This document shows positions 1-6,681 of a stretch of DNA of 64,000 nt, piece by piece. The notes under the pieces are model-generated. The model ran no database searches. It had not been told where the DNA came from and was given only the letters and a program-made list of their open reading frames with translations. The stretch is from IMG/VR virus record IMGVR_UViG_3300028048_000061, positions 1 through 64,000 of that record, one strand, 5' to 3'. This DNA comes from a virus. The translations under genes and the position numbers were made by a program. Within the stretch, counting starts at the first letter, position 1; each line of letters begins with the position of its first letter.

Positions 1-281
1 GATATTTTAATCAAGTAAACTTGATATTTTTTTATTCAAGTAAACTTGATATTTTAATCAAGTAAACTTGATATTTTTTTATTCAAGTAAACTTGATATT
101 TTAATCAAGTAAACTTGATATTTTTTTATTCAAGTAAACTTGATATTTTAATCAAGTAAACTTGATATTTTTTTGATGAATTTTTTATTCAAGTAAACTT
201 GATATTTTAATCAAGTAAACTTGATATTTTTTTGATGAATTTTTTATTCAAGTAAACTTGATATTTTAATCAAGTAAACTT
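1..281. repeat. Tandem array of the near-palindromic 14-mer TCAAGT-AA-ACTTGA (11 copies, the last lacking its final GA, plus a partial copy at the window edge)
   Basis: Core starts at 11, 36, 58, 83, 105, 130, 152, 189, 211, 248, 270; spacings 25/22/25/22/25/22/37/22/37/22 with T-rich linkers. Confidence 0.97.
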
Positions 282-585
282 TAAAAATAGTTTATACCTA
301 TTTTTTATTAAAAAATAGGTTTGTTTAAATTAAATACTTGATTAATAATTTTAATACTTGATTAAAAACTTTTAATTATTTTAATCAATACTATAAGAAT
401 AATTAATAATTGAATACTTTTTATTTTTGATTAGTTTTAATATAGATAACATATAGTATTTACAATAAAATAATTTTATAATATTGTTTAATATTCTTAA
501 TAAAATATTGAATATTGTTCAATATTTTATTAAAAATATTAAAAAAATTGAACAATAAATTTAACATATTTTTATATATTTTTTT

Positions 586-665
586 GTTTGTTTGTATAGT
601 ATTTTTAATAAATATTGTTTGTTTGTATAGTATTTTTAATAAATATTGTTTGTTTGTATAGTATT
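586..665. repeat. 31-bp tandem repeat, about 2.6 copies (gtttgtttgtatagtatttttaataaatatt)
   Basis: Exact copies at 586 and 617, partial copy at 648. Confidence 0.9.
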
Positions 666-974
666 CTTGCGTTATGTTATATTTTTGTTCAGTTTTGAAC
701 AATTTTTAATTTATTCAATATTTTTTAATATTTTTTGTTAGTTTGTTCAATATTTTTTAATTTTTTTGTTATTTTTTTAAAATTTTTGTACAAAAACTTT
801 ATATACTATAAAGTATATACTATATATATCAAGAGGTTAGTAAATACAGTAAGTTTGTCTTTATGTGTTATCTTGAAGTTTTTGTAGTTGTTCTTACTTA
901 CTAATCTTGCTTTATGCGAAGTACAAAAAGTCAGACAAAAATAGTTTAATTAATTATATGTGAGGTTGTTAAAT

Positions 975-2072
975 ATGTTTTTATTTTTGAACAAAAAGCA
1001 ACAAAAAGTTTTTAATCTTTTTGTTGAGTATATTAACTGTATTGTATTTTTTAATGTTGAGTTTAACAAAAATAAGTTTGTAAATAAAAATACTTTATTT
1101 TATACAAATTTAAATTTTTACAAAACTTTTTTTGAACATTATTCATTATTTAAATTTTTGATTAAATGTTTTAAGTTTTTTGATAATAAATCAAATAAAC
1201 AAAAAGTATTAACTTTAATTAATAGAATACTTAAAGATAACAAACAATATATTGTTTTAAATAATTATAATGATATATTGTTATTTATTGCTTTTTGTAA
1301 TGAATACAAAAAGGGATTTATAAGTTATCAAAAAGATTTACTTAGTTTGAATAAACATAACTATATTAAAAAATTTAAAAATATTAATGTTTATATGATT
1401 AATCTTAAATTAAATAAACATGATTTAAATAATAGATATTTTTTAATAGAATATAGTTTATATCAAGAATATTTACAAACTATAAATTGTACTTATTTTG
1501 ATTTAAAGCTCAAAAAAAGTTTTAAGATATTCAAACTTTATTTATTAAGTAAATATAGTTATATGTTTATAAATCTTAGTACAAATAAAAAGGGATTTAC
1601 AAAAAGACAATATTACAATAAAAATTTAAATAAAAGTACAAAAAACATTTATTTAAGTGAGTTAATATTTTTTATTCAATATTATAATGATTTAATTAAA
1701 ATTAATGAATACAATTATTATATTGTAAATAATAATAGTATTTTTAATCATGTGAGAGATTATTTTACTTATTACAAACATGACAGTATAAGTATAATTG
1801 AATACTTTAAATTGTACAATTATAATATTGTTAATGATATATCAAAAAATATAAACTTAGATAATACTATTCATTATAAAGTTATTTTAAATAATATCAA
1901 TAAAGATATAAAATTTAATAATAAATTAAAAGAATATATTACCTTTTTATTACAAAAAGATATTATTACTTTTAATGATATTCAATTATTAATTAAATAT
2001 CAAAAAGGTATATTTAATAATAATTATTATAATAAAGTTTTTGAAAAATACTTTACAAAAAGAATAAAATAA
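975..2072 (+). CDS. Hypothetical 365-aa protein of extreme AT-biased composition (possible origin- or terminus-binding protein)
   Basis: Stop-free for 366 codons in roughly 85% AT DNA (estimate), which is very unlikely by chance. RBS gaggtt precedes ATG 975; TATA-like elements near 790-830. No recognisable motif. Confidence 0.7.
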   Translation: MFLFLNKKQQKVFNLFVEYINCIVFFNVEFNKNKFVNKNTLFYTNLNFYKTFFEHYSLFKFLIKCFKFFDNKSNKQKVLTLINRILKDNKQYIVLNNYNDILLFIAFCNEYKKGFISYQKDLLSLNKHNYIKKFKNINVYMINLKLNKHDLNNRYFLIEYSLYQEYLQTINCTYFDLKLKKSFKIFKLYLLSKYSYMFINLSTNKKGFTKRQYYNKNLNKSTKNIYLSELIFFIQYYNDLIKINEYNYYIVNNNSIFNHVRDYFTYYKHDSISIIEYFKLYNYNIVNDISKNINLDNTIHYKVILNNINKDIKFNNKLKEYITFLLQKDIITFNDIQLLIKYQKGIFNNNYYNKVFEKYFTKRIK

Positions 2073-2139
2073 AATTTTATTCTTTTTGTTTTATTTTTTT
2101 AAAACAAAAATATAACAATTGTTATATTTTTTTGTTTTA
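2057..2139 (+). terminator. Two AT-rich inverted repeats directly after the ORF stop (terminator or cruciform-like)
   Basis: aaaagaataaaa..ttttattctttt followed by T-tracts; then a near-perfect palindrome taaaacaaaaatataacaa|ttgttatatttttttgtttta centred at 2118/2119. Confidence 0.55.
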
Positions 2140-2357
2140 ATCTAATCAAACAATTAACTTAGTTAATAGTTTTAATCTAATCAAACAATTAACTTAGTTA
2201 ATAGTTTTAATCTAATCAAACAATTAACTTAGTTAATAGTTTTAATCTAATCAAACAATTAACTTAGTTAATAGTTTTAATCTAATCGAACAATTAACCA
2301 AGTTAATACTTAACTAAGTTAATTGTTCGTATAAACCCGAACAATTAACCAAGTTAA
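2135..2357. repeat. 35-bp tandem array (4 exact + 1 variant copies), plus one inverted and one isolated direct core copy; iteron-like
   Basis: Unit ttttaatctaatcaaacaattaacttagttaatag at 2135, 2170, 2205, 2240, 2275 (variant); inverted core 2310-2329; direct core 2338-2357. Internal palindrome ATTAAC-TTA-GTTAAT. Confidence 0.95.
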
Positions 2358-2402
2358 GTGATGAACAATAACTCCCCTCACAAAATTTTTCCAATCCCCA
2401 CC

Positions 2403-2582
2403 CTAACGAATTTCCTCATACCAGCTCACCTGCCAGAACACACTTGACCCAAACCAAAACACAGCCATCATCTTCCACACATCAATCAATCCACCCCCCA
2501 CAACCATCACATAAACAAGCCAACAAAACGCCGCAGCCATCAAGGCAATCCCGGCAACACGTCCAATCATGTAAAAATTCAT
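2403..2582 (-). CDS. Small hydrophobic protein, 59 aa (MNFYMIGRVAGIALMAAAFCWACL...), probable membrane protein
   Basis: Hand-translated (below the ORF-track cutoff); strong RBS aggaggag upstream; co-oriented and adjacent to the ligase-like gene; two hydrophobic stretches. Confidence 0.6.
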   Translation of the reverse strand: MNFYMIGRVAGIALMAAAFCWLVYVMVVGGGLIDVWKMMAVFWFGSSVFWQVSWYEEIR

Positions 2583-2597
2583 CTCATATCTCCTCCT

Positions 2598-3776
2598 TCA
2601 ATAATCGAAATCATCATTCAGTTTTTCCAGCTCTTCCATATCAAACAGGCCGAAATCGAACTCCGGCCTCATGTCATGCCTATTGTTCTCTTTCAGCACA
2701 TCATCCTTAATCCTATAATCGCTCTCCTGAAACACTATTCGTGAAAAGCGTTCAATGTCAAACGCATCCAGCCAATGCATGTTCTTCAAGGCGGTATATG
2801 TATACCCCAAGTTTCCAACATGCCTGCCTTCCAAAGTGACAAATCCACGCTTATTTCTGCTTCTGCGACTTAAGGAATATCCCGTCTTCGTGTAAGACCC
2901 TACAAACGCAGAATCCTTATTCAATACCAACCAGTAATTCTCATACAGGTTCTCTCCCAAGCTTCTAATCAAAACGCCAGAGCTCTCATCTGCTCCAAGC
3001 AATCTCCAAGCTTCTTCAATATCACGCATATTGTTGCATACAATCATCGGAGCCTCATCGTAATCCGTTTGAACCAAAAAACTAAATGCTAATCTTTGTT
3101 TTAAATGATTCCGTGTCTGCCAAAAGTCATTCACACGGATGCAATCGATAATCTCTCCATCGCAAGTGATGAAATCCCCTTCGCCAAAATTGGTGACCTC
3201 CAGTCTTTCAACACGATACGGTTCCTTATTCAGCGAAACAATTACGGGGAACAGCAATCCATCAAGAACCCTATGGCGTCTCGGCAACGGAATGTTATTG
3301 TAACGGGTCGGAAAGCAAATCAACTCATACTGAGGCTTCCATTTCCGTTTTTGACGTTTCACAAAGCGATTGCCAATGAAAAAATCCTCACGAACAATTT
3401 GGTGCAATAGCCTAACGATATCGTGCTGATACGTCCACACTTCATAAAAGCTTCTCAAGTTGAAGTGAAAAATAGTGAAGAGAAGCTTGACATTCTTTGC
3501 GAACAAGTCCTCATTTACGGAGATTTGGATGCCTTCCTCATCTACAATGCGAATACCGAATCTCTTATCTTGATTTTCCGTGTATCCGTGAAACAACAAT
3601 AGCCAGCAGTTTATGTCAAGCAGGACATCTCTGCTAGCCTTGCCCGGCATATAGTCCTTGTCATTGCTAATATGCTTTGTAATGGCCAAGAACTTGCTCC
3701 ACGGGGCATCAGGCCTATTCACGGAATTCAAGTCGTTATTGGTAAGCGTATTCAAGACATAAGGGTCATCCCTCAT
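2598..3776 (-). CDS. ATP-dependent DNA ligase-like protein with degenerate catalytic motifs
   Basis: Ligase-like motifs in the correct order: RVLDG (motif I, no Lys), FITCDGEII (III), DCIRVND..LKQRL (IIIa), SGVLIRSLGENLY (IV), WLVLNK (V), DSAFVGSY (start of the OB domain). RBS aggtga. Confidence 0.55.
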   Translation of the reverse strand: MRDDPYVLNTLTNNDLNSVNRPDAPWSKFLAITKHISNDKDYMPGKASRDVLLDINCWLLLFHGYTENQDKRFGIRIVDEEGIQISVNEDLFAKNVKLLFTIFHFNLRSFYEVWTYQHDIVRLLHQIVREDFFIGNRFVKRQKRKWKPQYELICFPTRYNNIPLPRRHRVLDGLLFPVIVSLNKEPYRVERLEVTNFGEGDFITCDGEIIDCIRVNDFWQTRNHLKQRLAFSFLVQTDYDEAPMIVCNNMRDIEEAWRLLGADESSGVLIRSLGENLYENYWLVLNKDSAFVGSYTKTGYSLSRRSRNKRGFVTLEGRHVGNLGYTYTALKNMHWLDAFDIERFSRIVFQESDYRIKDDVLKENNRHDMRPEFDFGLFDMEELEKLNDDFDY

Positions 3777-4762
3777 GATTCATCACCTTGACATAGGATA
3801 CTTTCCCGAGCTTTTCTCTCATCAACAACCCTCCATTCCAAGCCGGCATTGACAACCTTTTTTTTTAGTTCCATCAGGCTTGTTGAAGAAAAGCTTCTTG
3901 ACTGGCCATTCTCGTTGCACCTATAGCGCCAAAAGAAGCCCTGCTTATAGGAATTGTTATTGCACTTGTCCACCCTATAAAAACCGGTCTTGTTTCGTCT
4001 CTTCATCTTATAATCCCTTATCTCTTTCTGAATAGATTCCATGTCTTGTCCAGCATTGATGTTGTCAGCTAAATCCACTAAAAATGCCTTGTTTGTGCTG
4101 CTGCAAACCAGTCTGGAATCAAACATCAAGCAATAGTTTCTCTTTTCACGACGAAAACCTCTATGCACAACCCTTGCATATTCCTTATATTGATTATGTT
4201 CCTTTCCTCGTCTTATATGATGCGTTTGGATAATATTCTTTGCCTCATTCATCTCAATTTCATCTCGGTTCAACAAAAAAGCTAGTGCGTCCAACATTTT
4301 CCTATCAACACTCATACCAATATTAATTCCTTGATGAACCAGCAGATATCTCTGTTGACCTTCTGACAAGCCAGCTTTGACAACACGAGCAAAATCCTTG
4401 TAGTTCGGGTTATTCCGACCCTTGTATAAGTTGCTCCTATAAGCCTTAAACTCTTCAGAATGTTTAAGTCCGACAGCGCCATCTCCACCTCTTGTGAAAT
4501 TTAATGTTGGTTTATGTTTGGAGATAAAACATATCTCCATTTGGTTTAGATGATTGTCAGAGCAATCGTCAATTTCCCACAACACCTCATATCGATAGCG
4601 AGACGGATTGCCTTGTATAACACGATTGATTTGTTGTTCATTATATCTACAAGGTTGCTTATGAGCCTTTCTTCTTTTTTCCTCATCTATATGAGAATCC
4701 TTCCCTATATAAACAACATCGTCGTTTTTATTATCAATATAGCAATAAATTCCTTTTGTCAT
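3773..4762 (-). CDS. GIY-YIG homing endonuclease
   Basis: MTKGIYCYID..VVYIGKDS..RRKAH..E..LNFTRGGDG; C-terminal TGFYRV..KQGFFWRY module shared with paralogs. Likely start is ATG 4762 after aagtga. Confidence 0.9.
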   Translation of the reverse strand: MTKGIYCYIDNKNDDVVYIGKDSHIDEEKRRKAHKQPCRYNEQQINRVIQGNPSRYRYEVLWEIDDCSDNHLNQMEICFISKHKPTLNFTRGGDGAVGLKHSEEFKAYRSNLYKGRNNPNYKDFARVVKAGLSEGQQRYLLVHQGINIGMSVDRKMLDALAFLLNRDEIEMNEAKNIIQTHHIRRGKEHNQYKEYARVVHRGFRREKRNYCLMFDSRLVCSSTNKAFLVDLADNINAGQDMESIQKEIRDYKMKRRNKTGFYRVDKCNNNSYKQGFFWRYRCNENGQSRSFSSTSLMELKKKVVNAGLEWRVVDERKARESILCQGDES

Positions 4763-4767
4763 ATCTA

Positions 4768-4944
4768 TCACTTGATTAATGCTTGCAGCAGCAAGATAGC
4801 ATCTCTTATGCTATCGTTTGACATATCGCATTGTTTTAGTGCTGTTGCTATCTTAGGGATTGCGTCTTTCTGATGATTGGTTTGCCCCTTCAACAAGCAA
4901 TACCTGATGCAATCCATTCTTTTCTCGTCCTGATTTAGAGACAT
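4768..4944 (-). CDS. Hypothetical protein, 58 aa
   Basis: Hand-translated MSLNQDEKRMDCIRYCLLKG...; RBS ggaggt; fills the gap between two co-oriented genes. Confidence 0.65.
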   Translation of the reverse strand: MSLNQDEKRMDCIRYCLLKGQTNHQKDAIPKIATALKQCDMSNDSIRDAILLLQALIK

Positions 4945-4956
4945 CTCATACCTCCT

Positions 4957-5376
4957 CTATATGTTGTTTAAAAAATTATCAACATCCTCGTCTGATATGT
5001 AATCTAGCGGCACCTTGGCATTATCGGAATAGTCTTCATCAGGAGCGAATCCGTCAATATACTCCGCTAAGGAATTATCATTGTTGCCGCGGCTTTTATT
5101 ATATCCGTTTGGAAAAAACGTATTGTAAAGGTCTATATAATGAGCCTCAACAATATCTAAATCTTCGTCAGGGACGTCCTCTGCTAAAATACCCACCTCA
5201 AAAAAGTCAGAACCATGCTTTCTAATTGCACGAGACAAGCAAGTGTTGTATGCTCGACGACCCTTCAAGTAAGCTGCTTCAATATGCTGTCGAAACCTCT
5301 TTTCAACGGGCTGGACAGATTGCCCAACATATCTCTTATCGTTCTTAATGTTTCTAATCATATAAATGGTACCCAT
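4957..5376 (-). CDS. GIY-YIG nuclease-domain protein with acidic tail
   Basis: GTIYMIRN..KRYVGQS..KRFRQH..VEAHYI..NGYN; RBS aggagg. Confidence 0.85.
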   Translation of the reverse strand: MGTIYMIRNIKNDKRYVGQSVQPVEKRFRQHIEAAYLKGRRAYNTCLSRAIRKHGSDFFEVGILAEDVPDEDLDIVEAHYIDLYNTFFPNGYNKSRGNNDNSLAEYIDGFAPDEDYSDNAKVPLDYISDEDVDNFLNNI

Positions 5377-5390
5377 AAAAAAATCCTCCT

Positions 5391-5429
5391 AAAAAAAAAG
5401 AGAAACCGATACAAAAGCATCGGTTTCTC
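5391..5429 (-). terminator. Hairpin plus T9 at the end of the tRNA operon
   Basis: 11-bp stem gagaaaccgat/atcggtttctc (5400-5429) followed on the minus strand by T9. Confidence 0.7.
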
Positions 5430-5458
5430 AGTACAAGGTCTTATTATGAAGATTTTAA

Positions 5459-5531
5459 AGCTCTGAGAGAGACTTGAACTCTCAAATCTAAATTACGAGT
5501 TTAGCGTTTTGCCAATTAAAACTATCAGAGC
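5459..5531 (-). tRNA. tRNA-Thr(CGT)
   Basis: Cloverleaf GCTCTGA..CTAAA-CTCGTAA-TTTAG..GAGAG-TTCAAGT-CTCTC-TCAGAGC, discriminator T. Confidence 0.93.
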
Positions 5532-5539
5532 TTTAAAAA

Positions 5540-5676
5540 AGCCACATGAGGGATTTGAACCCCCGACCTCCGAGTGTCTTGTGTCAGTAAGGGTAAATAT
5601 GGGGTGGGTATAGGGGGGATTGGCCATTATACTGACATTACAAGCTCGGCGCACTAGCCAGCTGTGCTAATGTGGC
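5540..5676 (-). tRNA. tRNA-Thr(TGT) with a 63-nt intron at position 37/38 (intron 5576-5638)
   Basis: CCGAG-CTTGTA|intron|A-CTCGG; strict BHB (bulge TAA, helix CTTG/CAAG, bulge ACA) closed by an 8-bp TGTCAGTA/TACTGACA stem; discriminator T. Confidence 0.95.
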
Positions 5677-5762
5677 ATATCAAGGCGCCACGATGGACGC
5701 CTTTGATTTAAAGGAAATGATTTATTCTGGAAAGAAAGAGTTAAAAGAATCTATCTTCCAAA

Positions 5763-5826
5763 TCAAGATGATTGGAATCGAACCAACACCATACGAAGTA
5801 TGAGCTACCACTAAAACTACATCTTG
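5763..5826 (-). ncRNA. tRNA-like RNA (64 nt) with a collapsed anticodon arm
   Basis: Perfect acceptor CAAGATG/CATCTTG, T-arm GTTGG-TTCGATT-CCAAT, D-loop with GG; the anticodon region CATAC-TTC-GTATG lacks a canonical 7-nt U33 loop; variable region about 2 nt. Confidence 0.7.
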
Positions 5827-5965
5827 AACAAGTCGAAATCGACTTGTGCAACATTGTTCACAACAATGTTAATTGATAAATATTCTTATCAAATAATTCG
5901 CTTAATTAATTCTCTAGTTAATTTCTGATTGTTTTTTCAACTAACTTTCTCTCTTCGCGAGAGAA

Positions 5966-6046
5966 CGCCGTGTACAGGATTCGAACCTGCGACTCTTACG
6001 AGACCGCCTTAGCAGGGCGGCGCAATCACCTCTCTGCCAACACGGC
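5966..6046 (-). tRNA. tRNA-Ser(GCT)
   Basis: GCCGTGT..CCGCC-CTGCTAA-GGCGG, long variable arm CTC-GTAA-GAG, TTCGAAT, discriminator G. Confidence 0.95.
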
Positions 6047-6116
6047 AAACGGGGAGGAACACCCCCCTGTAGGGGGGGGTTCGGAAAGTGATACCATGAA
6101 CAAAACTATGTTCAAA

Positions 6117-6191
6117 TAGCGACCCTTGGATTTGAACCAAGCCTCTCGGGGTTATGAGCCCCACGGGATTACCAGACTACCCCAAGTCGCT
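6117..6191 (-). tRNA. Initiator tRNA-Met(CAT)
   Basis: A1-U72 pair, anticodon stem TGGGG-CTCATAA-CCCCG with consecutive G-C pairs, discriminator A: archaeal initiator hallmarks. Confidence 0.92.
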
Positions 6192-6240
6192 AAAAAAATA
6201 AGAGGAATAAATCCTCTTGAAAAAATCACACATAAAAAAT

Positions 6241-6453
6241 TTACATTAATTTTTTAGCTAGTTTTACGTCTTCAGCCATTACGGTTTTTCTGCCAACATG
6301 TTTGGAAATGTTGAGACAGTCTTTCATAAGGCCTCTTGCGTAATCTTCTACATCTTCTAAGATTAAGTCTCTTGCTTCAGCGGATAATCTGTCGCCGCCA
6401 ATTTTTTTGAACATCCTATTAATAGGAGCTTTTGGTAAATCAGTTTTAGTCAT
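6241..6453 (-). CDS. Archaeal histone (HMf family), 70 aa
   Basis: LPKAPINRMFKKIGGDRLS...SKHVGRKTVMAEDVKLA aligns with HMfA/B LPIAPIGRIIK.AGA.RVS...AKHAGRKTIKAEDI.LA; RBS gaggtg before ATG 6453. Confidence 0.95.
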   Translation of the reverse strand: MTKTDLPKAPINRMFKKIGGDRLSAEARDLILEDVEDYARGLMKDCLNISKHVGRKTVMAEDVKLAKKLM

Positions 6454-6576
6454 TATATACACCTCGAATTTATTTTTTTAATCAAACTTTATTGTAGGAC
6501 CCCCTATTAAAATAGGGGGCAAATTAAAAAGGTTGGTAAAACATGTTTTTAAAAACATCGATTATTTCTAATCGAA

Positions 6577-6635
6577 AGCCTTGGATAGGAATCGAACCTA
6601 TCACAACACACCATCTTGTCATATCCAATCAAGGC
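6577..6635 (-). ncRNA. D-armless tRNA-like RNA (59 nt), possibly Thr(GGT)-derived
   Basis: Acceptor GCCTTGA/CCAAGGC (6 pairs + 1 mismatch), T-arm ATAGG-TTCGATT-CCTAT, central hairpin ACAA..TTGT, no D stem, discriminator T. Confidence 0.65.
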
Positions 6636-6681
6636 AAAACCCCCTTATGAAAAGGGGGAAAGGTAATATGAACATTTTAAG

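Noticed and set aside
460-702. 80-aa minus-strand ORF
   Set aside because: Runs through the 31-bp repeats in very AT-rich DNA, starts at TTG with no clear RBS; likely a chance frame.
1-2357. CRISPR (mini-)array interpretation of the repeat arrays
   Set aside because: The units are contiguous or separated only by near-identical T-rich linkers; there are no unique spacers. Similarity to methanogen CRISPR repeats is limited to a short gttttaatc.
2444-2710. 88-aa plus-strand Gln/Pro/His-rich ORF
   Set aside because: Antisense shadow of the minus-strand genes 2403-2582 and 2598-3776.
5576-5638. C/D-box guide RNA inside the tRNA intron
   Set aside because: A CTGA occurs in the closing stem, but there is no box C (RTGATGA) or K-turn partner.
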